Below are positions 27,283-36,906 of a DNA stretch of 64,000 bases, piece by piece; the stretch's first letter is position 1; each line of letters begins with the position of its first letter. The stretch is from a virus. Lineage: Duplodnaviria > Heunggongvirae > Uroviricota > Caudoviricetes. The stretch is taken from IMG/VR virus record IMGVR_UViG_3300008107_000010. One strand, 5' to 3'. The notes beneath the pieces were generated by a model. It was not told the origin of the DNA. It did not search any database and worked only from the letters and a program-made list of their open reading frames with translations. The position numbers and the translations under genes are program-made.

Positions 27283-27552
27283 TTATTTGTTTTTACGTTG
27301 TCCTAATTTACGGGTCTCATACTCAACAGTGACAGAAGTGACTTCAACTTCATTTTCAAAGTTATACTTATCAAAGGTTATGCGCCCTTCGAAGGTAGGT
27401 CTTTCTACACGTTCACCAGTACGAATGCGCTCGAATATAGTCTCATTAACAATCATTGTATCTCCTACTTTATATTTTACTGCTTGTCTTTCATATCCAG
27501 CAGATTCAAGGATTTCTTTCTTAACTATTAATTTAAATTCTTTGTGTGTCAT
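27283..27552 (-). CDS. hypothetical protein
   Basis: 89 aa, early-type motif 14 nt upstream. Confidence 0.3.
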   Translation of the reverse strand: MTHKEFKLIVKKEILESAGYERQAVKYKVGDTMIVNETIFERIRTGERVERPTFEGRITFDKYNFENEVEVTSVTVEYETRKLGQRKNK

Positions 27553-27566
27553 ATTTGATTAATTTG

Positions 27567-27584
27567 ATATGTAAATATAAACAA
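27567..27584 (-). promoter_or_regulatory. early-type motif, copy 7, with hairpin 27589-27610 and palindrome 27629-27637
   Basis: atatgtaaatataaacaa. Hairpin ctcgacat-aaaaaa-atgtcgag. Palindrome gttattaac. Confidence 0.5.
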
Positions 27585-27642
27585 AAAACTCGACATAAAA
27601 AAATGTCGAGTTAATTATTTTCAAAAAAGTTATTAACAATTT

Positions 27643-28569
27643 TTACTTAATACCAATCATTGCGTTAGTTTTATCACCTAACATTGTTTCAGGTAGTTTA
27701 CCATTCCACTTATTAATCCACTCTAATTGAAGTAACATTGGCGTAATAGTTTTCTGTTTTAAACTATTTGCTTCAGCTTCAGCTTTTGCAGCAGTTAACA
27801 TTGCTTGGGCATTACCATTTGCAGTTGCAATTTTAATTTTAGCTTGTGCTTCAGCTGTTTTAACTTCATTTTCTGCTCGTAATGCTGACTGAACTGCATT
27901 ATTTTTAGCTTCAATAGATTTCTTAAATGTTTCAGGATAAATTAGGTTTGATGTGAATTGATTAATAATAAAACCTTCTTTAAGTAACTGACTTTCTAAT
28001 AATTTACGTACTTCTACTTCAAATACTGCACGATTTGAGATTAATTCATCGGCTGTATATTTATTAGTAGCTAGACGGAATGCATCATATACTGCGGTCT
28101 TTAAGAAACCTTCTTCAATTTCTGGCAAAGATCTACGGTATTTAGCAAAGATTGCAGGTACCTTTTCACGTTGAACCGAATAGTTCATAATTGGTGAAAC
28201 TTGGAATTCACTACCATCTTTAGAGTTTACAACAAATGAATTGTCAACATCTTCAGTTTTCTTATATTCTTTATGTTGAATATAAGTAGGGAATTCATAG
28301 ATTTTAGTTGTTACAGGATTATAGAATACCCATCCGGTACATTCTGTAACTCCATCAACTCCTTTACCACTTCCGTAAAGATTAACTTTTACACCGACAT
28401 GACCTGCGTCGATTCTTTCACATGACATAAACATTGTGATTAGCACAAAAAATGCTACTACTCCAATTGCGATTTTTCTAAACATACTTTTTAATTTTAA
28501 TTGTTGATTTAATTTTTCTTGTTTTTCTTTTTCTAGGCGTTCTTGCCACCAGTCTCTTTGTTCTGCCAT
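27643..28569 (-). CDS. SPFH/band-7 (prohibitin/HflK-like) membrane protein
   Basis: N-terminal TM segment, SPFH-like core, and a C-terminal Ala/Lys/Glu-rich coiled coil. Confidence 0.55.
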   Translation of the reverse strand: MAEQRDWWQERLEKEKQEKLNQQLKLKSMFRKIAIGVVAFFVLITMFMSCERIDAGHVGVKVNLYGSGKGVDGVTECTGWVFYNPVTTKIYEFPTYIQHKEYKKTEDVDNSFVVNSKDGSEFQVSPIMNYSVQREKVPAIFAKYRRSLPEIEEGFLKTAVYDAFRLATNKYTADELISNRAVFEVEVRKLLESQLLKEGFIINQFTSNLIYPETFKKSIEAKNNAVQSALRAENEVKTAEAQAKIKIATANGNAQAMLTAAKAEAEANSLKQKTITPMLLQLEWINKWNGKLPETMLGDKTNAMIGIK

Positions 28570-28778
28570 ACTTTTTTAAGTTCTTTAATACATGTTGATG
28601 CATTCCATCCGAAAACAAAACCGCCTACCATAAATACTGCAATTCCTAAGATTGGTCCAAAATAGGCCAAATCAGAATTCATATTCATTAAGTTTGCAAT
28701 TTGATTTTTCACAGGTTGCATTAACACTACAACTGCAACCATAACTAGGATGCTTGTAAATAATTTTGAATACTTCAT
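28533..28778 (-). CDS. small two-TM membrane protein (possible NfeD-like partner of the SPFH protein)
   Basis: 81 aa, two hydrophobic helices. Confidence 0.3.
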   Translation of the reverse strand: MKYSKLFTSILVMVAVVVLMQPVKNQIANLMNMNSDLAYFGPILGIAVFMVGGFVFGWNASTCIKELKKVWQNKETGGKNA

Positions 28779-28825
28779 TTTTAAAGATTAAATGTATATT
28801 TTATAGAAGGTTTCTATAAAATGTT

Positions 28826-29554
28826 TCACAGGACAGTGTTCTCAACCCGGCGTTCCCATCCAATGTGTTTAACATATCCATCGGCGTCGGTCATGGTCAT
28901 ACTAATAACTTTATAGCCTAGGTCTCGATAATAATGGTCAACCAGATGCTCTTTTCCAAATTGAGAATATCCACCAGATCCTAATTTAAAATAATCAGAC
29001 ATTCTCTTAACTCCTGGATTATATGAAAAACCCATATAATTAATAACTGTTTCTTTGTCTCCATTCTCTAATACTTTACCAGTATAAAAACTTGCAGGTT
29101 GAACTGCTCGAAATGGAATTGAATCAGCCCAAAAAACTTCGGGTGAAATCTTATTTAAAATACCATCAGTTTTTGGTCGAATCCAGGCTTGTAAAACTTC
29201 AGGTCTAGCTTTTAAAAGTTGAATTGATTTTTCGATAAAACCACTAGCATAAAATTGCCAATCATCTTCGCAATGGAAAACATACGGTGTTGTGATAGTT
29301 GCATAAGCCTGATCAATTGATCGGCTTTGACCTAGTTTATTCTTATTATAGATGAATGTTAACTTATTATCATACTTCCGATTAAGTAGATCACACGCCT
29401 TGAATACCTCTTCATCTCCAGAGTCTTCAGTTATAATAAACTTATCTATTGAATAAGTATTATACTTAAAAAAGCTGTCAAGTGTCTGTTCTAAAAGATC
29501 TAGACGCCCGCAGCTTGTTAAAACAAAAGTTATATTAGAATTGTTTATTGACAT
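28826..29554 (-). CDS. putative glycosyltransferase-like protein
   Basis: FVLTSCGRLDLLEQTLDSF...IITEDSGDEE weakly resembles the GT-A N-terminal region. The start is taken at the internal Met to avoid overlapping the upstream ORF. Confidence 0.3.
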   Translation of the reverse strand: MSINNSNITFVLTSCGRLDLLEQTLDSFFKYNTYSIDKFIITEDSGDEEVFKACDLLNRKYDNKLTFIYNKNKLGQSRSIDQAYATITTPYVFHCEDDWQFYASGFIEKSIQLLKARPEVLQAWIRPKTDGILNKISPEVFWADSIPFRAVQPASFYTGKVLENGDKETVINYMGFSYNPGVKRMSDYFKLGSGGYSQFGKEHLVDHYYRDLGYKVISMTMTDADGYVKHIGWERRVENTVL

Positions 29555-29555
29555 A

Positions 29556-30191
29556 TTAATCCCACCATCCTTTAAGACCGCTACCATCAAACCAATTGTT
29601 CCAATGGTCATCTTTTCTTCTCTCTTCTGGTGTTAATCCTTTTACTAATTTTTTGTACTTATTATGATCTTGGCCTTCTAAAAGTTTCCAAAGCTCTTTC
29701 CATTCTTGTCCTTCAAGTTTTGTAGAGTAATTATAAACCTTTCTATTGTGCTTCTTTTCAGCTGGAGTCTCTTTATCAATTAATTGACTGAATCCTGGTT
29801 GATCTGGAACATCTTCAAATTCCCACTCATGATGGATTAATTCTCCATATTCAGCTTCAGCCATTTCAATGTAACTATCTTCACTGATATGTTTCAAAAT
29901 TTCAACAGCGCGTTTCATCGCAGCAACCTTCTTTAGTCTAGATTCATCAATCTCTAGACCTTTTACCTCAATATTAGTTGCAATATCATTAATTGCAATT
30001 TCCATAAATTTTAAGGTTCCATTATAGTCCCACCAATAATGTTTAGATAGAGCATCTCTAAATTTCCAAACATTTTTCCAAAAGTGAGGAACATCTCGAC
30101 GAATCCAAGACCATGCTTTATTATACCATCGATTGTCTTTAATTAGTTTTTCTATTGATTTAGCAAAACTGTCTGCAAATTTAACTTCCAT
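29556..30191 (-). CDS. hypothetical protein
   Basis: 211 aa, Trp-rich. Confidence 0.35.
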   Translation of the reverse strand: MEVKFADSFAKSIEKLIKDNRWYNKAWSWIRRDVPHFWKNVWKFRDALSKHYWWDYNGTLKFMEIAINDIATNIEVKGLEIDESRLKKVAAMKRAVEILKHISEDSYIEMAEAEYGELIHHEWEFEDVPDQPGFSQLIDKETPAEKKHNRKVYNYSTKLEGQEWKELWKLLEGQDHNKYKKLVKGLTPEERRKDDHWNNWFDGSGLKGWWD

Positions 30192-30203
30192 AATTTTATT
30201 TTA

Positions 30204-30704
30204 TTAACAAAAATCCGTTGCTGTTGAAACTCTCAATCCATCAACTTCTAAATCATAATGATCTCTTCCATGTCTCCAATAATTAGGATGCTCTTTAACC
30301 ATTTGATTTTCGTAATCTTGATTAAAAATTGCTCCATCTGGTTGTCCCCAATTTAATGCCATTTCAATAAACTCTTCAATATCTTGTAGCTCACCGTATT
30401 CGTTAACAACCCGACCAGATCTAATAAATTTAAGTAATTCTTCTTTATTGCTGTAGAATCTATTGCCATTAAAATTCCAGCAAAATTTCCAACCCATTGA
30501 ACGTTTACCAAGATGGATATTCATTCCATTTATAAATTCATCCCATGGTGTCATATATTCCCAATCGCCATGTGGAATTGTAGCAAAATTACGTTCTACA
30601 GCAGATGGATCCATTGGATCCAGATCTTCAACTCTTTTAATCAAACAAACTTGGCGAGATCTAACCTCATCAACCTTTGGTATTCTATAATAATTTGTTC
30701 CCAT
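30204..30704 (-). CDS. hypothetical protein
   Basis: 166 aa. Confidence 0.35.
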   Translation of the reverse strand: MGTNYYRIPKVDEVRSRQVCLIKRVEDLDPMDPSAVERNFATIPHGDWEYMTPWDEFINGMNIHLGKRSMGWKFCWNFNGNRFYSNKEELLKFIRSGRVVNEYGELQDIEEFIEMALNWGQPDGAIFNQDYENQMVKEHPNYWRHGRDHYDLEVDGLRVSTATDFC

Positions 30705-31426
30705 TATATGAATATTATTTCATTAGTTTCTGGATTCCAATCGAATGTAACTGGTTTATTAACGTACTCATATCTTTCATTTAAAATTGAAGCATTAAAG
30801 AAGTGGGTTCCATTATGAAACTTATATCCATAACCCCCATGAATATGACCACATACATGAATTTTTGGTTTAATCTCTTCAATGCGAGCAGCTAATAATT
30901 CACAACCCAATAGTGGTTCATTATATGGAGGCCCACTAGTATCTAAATGACCTTGAGCCGGTCCATGTGTTATTAGAATATCGGTGTCTTCTGGAATAGC
31001 CGACCATTTTGCTTCCAATTCTTCCCCCATTCTAGGTAAATTAAATGCCCAATTGTAGAATTCAGGCTGCCATGGAGAACCATAAATTTTAGCAGTTTCT
31101 ACATTTGGGTCATGTGCATCTCTATCTCCAACAATAATCCAATCGTCTTGTAAATAATCAATCCACTTATATGAATTAACAATCTCCATTGCCTGTTCAG
31201 GTTTATCTTCAAACTTTCTGTCATGATTTCCAGCAATAAAGACTTTATGGTCATACTGATCTAATCCATCGAACCATTTACAAAAACTTGTAATGTCATT
31301 TGAATTATATCCGGAATTCATAAGGTCTCCAGCATGAATTAATAGATCTCCACCTGGAAGATCTGTTTTATCCCACATAAGTTCATCATGCTTAGTGTGA
31401 GTATCTGAAATTAGAGTTATACGCAT
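30704..31426 (-). CDS. calcineurin-like metallophosphoesterase
   Basis: ISDTHTKHDE, GDLMNSGY, GNHD, ITHGP and GHIHGG motifs. Confidence 0.65.
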   Translation of the reverse strand: MRITLISDTHTKHDELMWDKTDLPGGDLLIHAGDLMNSGYNSNDITSFCKWFDGLDQYDHKVFIAGNHDRKFEDKPEQAMEIVNSYKWIDYLQDDWIIVGDRDAHDPNVETAKIYGSPWQPEFYNWAFNLPRMGEELEAKWSAIPEDTDILITHGPAQGHLDTSGPPYNEPLLGCELLAARIEEIKPKIHVCGHIHGGYGYKFHNGTHFFNASILNERYEYVNKPVTFDWNPETNEIIFI

Positions 31427-31530
31427 AATTTGTTTATATCATAAAATTATATTGAATATCGACAAAATGTTTATTTTTAGAGTACTTTTAAAATAAATAG
31501 ATTGTCTAACAAAATAAATCCCAATTTAGT

Positions 31531-31662
31531 ATGGCAAAATCTTCAAAGAGTGCTAGTGTTTCTATGAAAGTCAGCTTTGGTAAAAGAAAGCGCGGTAGAT
31601 TCGCAAAAAAGAAAAACAAACACGATAAGAAAGAAAAGAATTATCGTGGCCAAGGTCGCTAA
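31531..31662 (+). CDS. 43-aa basic protein on the plus strand
   Basis: MAKSSKSASVSMKVSFGKRKRGRFAKKKNKHDKKEKNYRGQGR. Immediately followed by a strong terminator. Confidence 0.3.
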   Translation: MAKSSKSASVSMKVSFGKRKRGRFAKKKNKHDKKEKNYRGQGR

Positions 31663-31666
31663 GGTC

Positions 31667-31696
31667 AAAAAAAGCTCTCGAAAGAGAGCTTTTTTA
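31667..31696. terminator. bidirectional intrinsic terminator
   Basis: aaaaaaagctctc-gaaa-gagagcttttttt, with an A-run and a T-run on either side. Confidence 0.55.
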
Positions 31697-31717
31697 ATGT
31701 GATGCCTACGGTAAAAT

Positions 31718-32518
31718 TTAGTCTATTTTAGTCCCACAATTTGGGCAAAATTTCCAAGTTTGTTTCTTCATTCTAGTTCCACAATTAGAACAATAATTTC
31801 GAATATCTAAAACTTCGACTGGTTTATTAGATTCAGCCATAATCTTCATTTTAACAGTTTGACATGGAAAGTTTTCAAATTCCATATTTACTTCTGTAAA
31901 ATATTGGTCAGTTTTTCCGCCTTTTTCAACTCTACCAGTCTCAAAATTTGCATTATTAGTATATGACACAGATCCGGCAATAGCGGAAGTTGATGAATAA
32001 TATGCATTATTTGATGTTGTTATAGTTGTATTAAAACTTGGTGCAGTTCCACTATATCTAAAATCAGTTGTCCAGTATGGCTGAATAGTATTTGGTTGAA
32101 CGACTGGTTGATTTAAGTTCCATTCTCTCCAACTTGGATTTTTCCAAAGATCAGAATTTGCTTTGATTTTTTCAGGATAGAAGATAACGGTTACTGCTCC
32201 ATTATTTTCAATGGCTTTAATAACTTCTTCGTGTGTTCCATCGACCGAATAAGTTTTAAATACAAACTTATTATTTGTGTCAATGTAACGCTCTAAAAAG
32301 AATCTTTGTCCTGGTTGAATAACTAATCCGCTTTCAGAAATTAGTTTATCATTCATCCAAATTTTTGCAAGAACTGGAGTTGGTCTTGGATTAAAGAGTT
32401 CAATTTGAAACTCATCTCCATCTTTTAGATATACAAGCTCTAAATCAGAAGATGTCTTGTATGTTTTTAATCGGTTGTTTTTGACAGCAATTGCTGCCAT
32501 TTTTGTGTTGTTATTCAT
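31718..32518 (-). CDS. hypothetical protein with C-terminal zinc ribbon
   Basis: CSNCGTRMKKQTWKFCPNCGT at the C-terminus. Confidence 0.4.
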   Translation of the reverse strand: MNNNTKMAAIAVKNNRLKTYKTSSDLELVYLKDGDEFQIELFNPRPTPVLAKIWMNDKLISESGLVIQPGQRFFLERYIDTNNKFVFKTYSVDGTHEEVIKAIENNGAVTVIFYPEKIKANSDLWKNPSWREWNLNQPVVQPNTIQPYWTTDFRYSGTAPSFNTTITTSNNAYYSSTSAIAGSVSYTNNANFETGRVEKGGKTDQYFTEVNMEFENFPCQTVKMKIMAESNKPVEVLDIRNYCSNCGTRMKKQTWKFCPNCGTKID

Positions 32519-32607
32519 GTGATTTTTCCTTTATTTTAAAACCTTTTTACTGCCATAGACAGTTCTAAAGCCATTATTGACTCAAGGCCTCAAGTGTAGG
32601 CACCACT

Positions 32608-32697
32608 TGGCGGAGAGGGAGGGATTCGAACCCCCGTTACCCTTTCGAGTAAAACGGTTTTCAAGACCGCCGCGTTCAACCGCTCTGCCACCTCTCC
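32608..32697 (-). tRNA. tRNA-Ser (anticodon UGA), class II with long variable arm, CCA encoded
   Basis: Minus-strand sequence GGAGAGGTGGCAGAGCGGTTGAACGCGGCGGTCTTGAAAACCGTTTTACTCGAAAGGGTAACGGGGGTTCGAATCCCTCCCTCTCCGCCA. 7-bp acceptor stem, anticodon loop CUUGAAA, T-arm GGGGG-TTCGAAT-CCCTC, one A:C mismatch in the D-stem. Resembles E. coli tRNA-Ser(UGA). Confidence 0.8.
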
Positions 32698-32738
32698 AAG
32701 TATTATTTATAACTATTAAATAAGGATTGTTTCAAAAA

Positions 32739-35657
32739 TTAATTATCATCTCTAACATTGATAGTAACACTTTCTAGTAATGTTCTTAGTTGAGATAATG
32801 TAATTCCAGGTTTATTATCAACTGGAGCAGGTTTTCCTGCCGGACCTGGTGTTGTAGATTTACCAGGAGCCGGTGCTGTAGTACCTGCGGGTGCTGGTGT
32901 TCCGGTTGGTGCTGGTGGAGTTGAAACTTTATTCTTAAATTCTTCAATCATATCAGCAAGATGCTTAATTGAATCATTGAGAGCTTTACTCATTTGGTCA
33001 ACTGAACCGCGACCTTTATAACCTGAAAGATATGCTAAACCTTGGAACATATCACTTGTAAATTTCAAGTTAACTTTATCAAATGCATTTAATGTATCTT
33101 TTAATCGACCCATATCATCAACATACTTCTTAAAGTTGTCAACAAATTTAACCCATGGATCAATATTCTTTCCAATTTCTTCAAGTTTCTTAGCAACATC
33201 TCCTAAAACAAGAACAAAACTTTCTTGTTGTTCAGCATCTTCTCCAGCTGCAGAAAGAGCAGTTGTCATACCACTAATAATTCCTTGAATTTTTCCAGTT
33301 AAAGCAGCCGGATCAACATTTACTTCCATAAATGTTTTTGCAGCTTGTGCAATTTTTAAAATTGGTTCTGCGAAACTTGTTACAATTTCAACACCATCTT
33401 CGATTTTAGAAGAACCAAACCAACCCCAGTCATTTTGAGCATCTGGATTATTACCAATCTCACCCATAGTTCCAGTCAAACTAATAACAAGTTGACGAAT
33501 ATTTTGAGTTACTTTAGTAATTGCATCGGCTCCCATTGATTCATAACCAACAATTTTTCCATCTTTGTAGATTGGAATTTTAAGGTCAGCCATTGCTTGA
33601 ACTCCTTTTGCAATTTCAGCAACTGCAGCACCCATACCTTGAACTGCACCAATACCATCAATATTTTCTTTTAATCTATCAAATGCTCCAGAATCTAGAG
33701 TATTATAACCAACAATTTTAGTTCCTTCATAAATTGGAAACTTAAGATCAGCCATTGATTGTACTCCACCAGCAATTGAAGTTAATACATCTCCCATTCC
33801 CATTACCGCGGCAATACCGTCGGCGACTGGAGATTGAGATCCACCTCCAAAAACTCCTTGTAAGAAGGTTTTCTTACCACCTGGATATTTAAGTCCTAAT
33901 TCACCAAAGGTTGTACTTAGTGAATTTACAATTAAATTGATATTATCATTAACCTTTTTAAACGTGTCACTAGATAGTGTAAAATAACCTGTAATTTTAG
34001 TTCCTGTATAAATTGGAAACTTTAGGTCAGCCATTGCTTGTACGCCTTGTGCAATTGAAGATAAAGCATCTCCCATTCCCATTACCGCATCAATACCATC
34101 GGCTACAGCAGATTGAGATCCACCTCCAAAAATACGGCTTAAAACACTTTTTCTACCTCCTGGAAATCTTTCACCAATTGCGCCAAAAGCTCCAGCTAAA
34201 ACTGTAACTAATTTACCAATTTGATCTGGTAAAACATCATAATCAATATTTAAACCTTGTACTTTTTTAATACCATAAGCAACTGTTGCTAATGCAACTC
34301 CAACCATAATCATTGCGGGTGCGGTAGCGTACATTGATGCGATATTTACAGGACTAAGTGTAAATGAACGAGCAATAGATAATAATAACCATTCCATATT
34401 ACTCATCATTCTTCCTGCACCAAAACCAAGGAATCCTTCAGTTTCATGACCAGAATCTCCGAGCATTTTACTCATATCTGTGTCATTAAATAGTTTAGCC
34501 ATAGCCCCAGCACCCACTGAAACAAGTAATAATGCTATACCAGCAACAATCATTGCGGCGGCACCAGCAAGAATAAATCCTGAAGCGGCGCCAGCAAGTC
34601 CCATAACAAGACCTACTCCAGTAACTAATGCACCGATCTGACCGATTGTTATCCATCCAGCTTCATCCGGTGTAATAGATTCAGCAAATATTGCAACAGC
34701 AACTCCTAGTAAAATAATTGGAATTGCAGCAACAATCATAACTAAACTTCCTAAAAATATTTCTTTAGCAAATTTACCAGCCAAGTACATAACCAATGCT
34801 ACTCCGACAACCATTCCCATTACCATTAGTAAGGTTATAGCAGGATCGTCCATTGCTTGCATCATTGTATCAACTAATAAAAATGCTACGCCTAATAGAA
34901 CGATAGCTCCCGCAGCAAACATTAAACCAATTGAAACTTGTTTCATTGATTTTTCAATGTTCATCTTATCTAATAACCAAAATACGCCACCTAATGCTAA
35001 TAATGTTAAAACAATATATGGTAATGCAGATATTCCGGCTGGATATAAAACGGTTGCAAGTACTAATGCAACTCCTAAAAGTAGAATGGCCTTTGCCACA
35101 TCACCCATTGCAATTAATGCTTGTTGTGTTTTTGGATCCGACAATGGAGCGGATGCCATTTGTAAAACTTTAGTGATAATAAATAATGATAATCCAAATA
35201 ATGGAGCTGCTAGCGCACCAACTACTAAAAGTGGTGTTGCTAAGAATAGGTAACCAGCAAATTTAAGAATTGCTGGACCTATTTTTGATAGAGCATCTAT
35301 TGTTAATACTAAGGCTTCTGCTTTATCTTTAAATTCTTTAGAAGTGCTTTTCATTGATTCGATAGCCTCAACGATTGCTGCTAATCCTTTACCGATTCCT
35401 TCTAAACCTTTTCCGCCAACAATTTTTAATGCAATTGCATTTCCAATTCCTAGACCTCCGCCGCCTCCTCCGCCGCCTCCTTTTGCAGAAGCAGCAGTGT
35501 TAACTGCAATTTGCTTTAACAGTTTTACCATCTCCTCAACTTTACCAAAAAGAGCACCGCCCGGGGAAACAGCTATTGATGTTACCTGGGCAGATGCTAC
35601 TAATTGTTGTTGATTTTCTATCGAAAGCCTTTCAAAGGCACTTTTAAAAATGTTCAA
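32739..35657 (-). CDS. tail tape measure protein
   Basis: 972 aa, downstream of sheath, tube and chaperone genes. Contains a Gly8 tract, multiple TM helices and a threefold ~75-aa repeat (MADLKFPIY.GTKI.GY). Apparent TTG start. Confidence 0.55.
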   Translation of the reverse strand: MNIFKSAFERLSIENQQQLVASAQVTSIAVSPGGALFGKVEEMVKLLKQIAVNTAASAKGGGGGGGGGLGIGNAIALKIVGGKGLEGIGKGLAAIVEAIESMKSTSKEFKDKAEALVLTIDALSKIGPAILKFAGYLFLATPLLVVGALAAPLFGLSLFIITKVLQMASAPLSDPKTQQALIAMGDVAKAILLLGVALVLATVLYPAGISALPYIVLTLLALGGVFWLLDKMNIEKSMKQVSIGLMFAAGAIVLLGVAFLLVDTMMQAMDDPAITLLMVMGMVVGVALVMYLAGKFAKEIFLGSLVMIVAAIPIILLGVAVAIFAESITPDEAGWITIGQIGALVTGVGLVMGLAGAASGFILAGAAAMIVAGIALLLVSVGAGAMAKLFNDTDMSKMLGDSGHETEGFLGFGAGRMMSNMEWLLLSIARSFTLSPVNIASMYATAPAMIMVGVALATVAYGIKKVQGLNIDYDVLPDQIGKLVTVLAGAFGAIGERFPGGRKSVLSRIFGGGSQSAVADGIDAVMGMGDALSSIAQGVQAMADLKFPIYTGTKITGYFTLSSDTFKKVNDNINLIVNSLSTTFGELGLKYPGGKKTFLQGVFGGGSQSPVADGIAAVMGMGDVLTSIAGGVQSMADLKFPIYEGTKIVGYNTLDSGAFDRLKENIDGIGAVQGMGAAVAEIAKGVQAMADLKIPIYKDGKIVGYESMGADAITKVTQNIRQLVISLTGTMGEIGNNPDAQNDWGWFGSSKIEDGVEIVTSFAEPILKIAQAAKTFMEVNVDPAALTGKIQGIISGMTTALSAAGEDAEQQESFVLVLGDVAKKLEEIGKNIDPWVKFVDNFKKYVDDMGRLKDTLNAFDKVNLKFTSDMFQGLAYLSGYKGRGSVDQMSKALNDSIKHLADMIEEFKNKVSTPPAPTGTPAPAGTTAPAPGKSTTPGPAGKPAPVDNKPGITLSQLRTLLESVTINVRDDN

Positions 35658-35679
35658 AACAGAATCAAAACTATTTTTT

Positions 35680-35690
35680 ACTATATATCC
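35680..35690 (-). promoter_or_regulatory. late-type motif (minus GGATATATAGT) upstream of the tape measure gene
   Basis: Plus-strand actatatatcc. Confidence 0.3.
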
Positions 35691-35693
35691 TTG

Positions 35694-35927
35694 TTAAAAC
35701 TTAGGTGTCTTGAAGCTAGGGGTTTTAAATGATGGCGTCTTCATATTAGGCATTTTTGATTTTGCTATTTTAGAAGGATCTCCATATTTACCATAAGCCT
35801 CTTCTTCTTGACCTTTCTGACCGTCATTTTGTTTCTTAATAAAGTCAGCCAAATCTTTAACAATATACCAAAATTCATAATACTCTAACTTATCGATCTC
35901 CGATGGTTGAGTATGCAAATGGTACAT
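35694..35927 (-). CDS. small Lys-rich protein with KTPSF tandem repeats
   Basis: Track ORF 35694..36065 trimmed to the internal Met. The first ~40 aa of the long form overlap the upstream gene out of frame. C-terminus KTPSFKTPSFKTPKF. Confidence 0.3.
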   Translation of the reverse strand: MYHLHTQPSEIDKLEYYEFWYIVKDLADFIKKQNDGQKGQEEEAYGKYGDPSKIAKSKMPNMKTPSFKTPSFKTPKF

Positions 35928-35943
35928 AAGATAGAATTTCGTC

Positions 35944-36903
35944 TTAAAGAAGTTCTGAAGCGATATCTTGAACAACGAAAAGAGATTTGATCCCATCACG
36001 AAAGCCAATGGGTACGAGGACCTCCTCATCCCCGTGTGGTACCAACATTTCTGGACGTACCCCAATTTTCATTTTTTCAGCTAAACGATATATTAATGAA
36101 TATTTAGTTGTATTCCAACTATGAAATTCAACTTCGCCTTTAAAGATTTTTTCATCATTAAATCCTCTCCAATCTAATGTAATATATGGAAGGATTTGTA
36201 GATATGATTGATCCCATGATTTCTTTTCAACTTGACGAACTTTAATATAGTTAGTCACAGATTCCATAACACCAATTGATGGTGGTTTCATGTAAATAGT
36301 TCCAAAGCTTCTAGTTTGAATTGCAAAAGCTCTTTTTTCATCATCATAATACTTTTCAATTTCTTCAGGAACTCTAGAAAGTTGAAAATAACGAGCGTTA
36401 ATTTCAGCTTCAAATTCTTCTCCATCTTTTGCCGAAGCTTTAACAGTTAATTTAGTTTCTGGATCTGGAAAAGTTAAATCACGGATTGATAATAAGATAT
36501 AAATACGATCTTCTTCTAGAATATCTTTATATGATAACACTTTCGTGCCTGAAGTGAACCTAGTGCAATTCTTTACAATGTGGTTTAATTTATCTTCAAT
36601 ATCTAAAAGATTACTCTCATCGATGGTTGAAAAATGTCTAACTTCAGCAACTTGTGCAGATCTAATAGCCATTTTAGCATCACTTGGATAAAATCTACCG
36701 CCTGAAGGCAATGTAGATATATCAACTGAATGAAACCCTAAATGTAAATCTGGATCTTGTGCCTTTTGATTTGCATAGCGGTCCATGTCTACTCTTCCCA
36801 AGTCGATTCTCTCTTCCTTGTTAGATTCTTTCTCTTCTACCATTTTACGATATTGTTCTTCCATGTTGAACTCTTCGTTTTCTTGATTCTTTTTTGTGCT
36901 CAT
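35944..36903 (-). CDS. putative tail assembly protein or chaperone
   Basis: 319 aa, between the tube and tape measure genes. Confidence 0.35.
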   Translation of the reverse strand: MSTKKNQENEEFNMEEQYRKMVEEKESNKEERIDLGRVDMDRYANQKAQDPDLHLGFHSVDISTLPSGGRFYPSDAKMAIRSAQVAEVRHFSTIDESNLLDIEDKLNHIVKNCTRFTSGTKVLSYKDILEEDRIYILLSIRDLTFPDPETKLTVKASAKDGEEFEAEINARYFQLSRVPEEIEKYYDDEKRAFAIQTRSFGTIYMKPPSIGVMESVTNYIKVRQVEKKSWDQSYLQILPYITLDWRGFNDEKIFKGEVEFHSWNTTKYSLIYRLAEKMKIGVRPEMLVPHGDEEVLVPIGFRDGIKSLFVVQDIASELL

Positions 36904-36906
36904 AAA

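Noticed and set aside
35694-36065. Programmed +1 frameshift joining 35944-36903 to the 35694-36065 frame (chaperone-type frameshift upstream of the tape measure gene)
   Set aside because: The overlap is in the +1, not the canonical -1, frame. No slippery heptamer was spotted. The downstream frame has its own Met 17 nt after the upstream stop, so it is annotated as a separate small gene.
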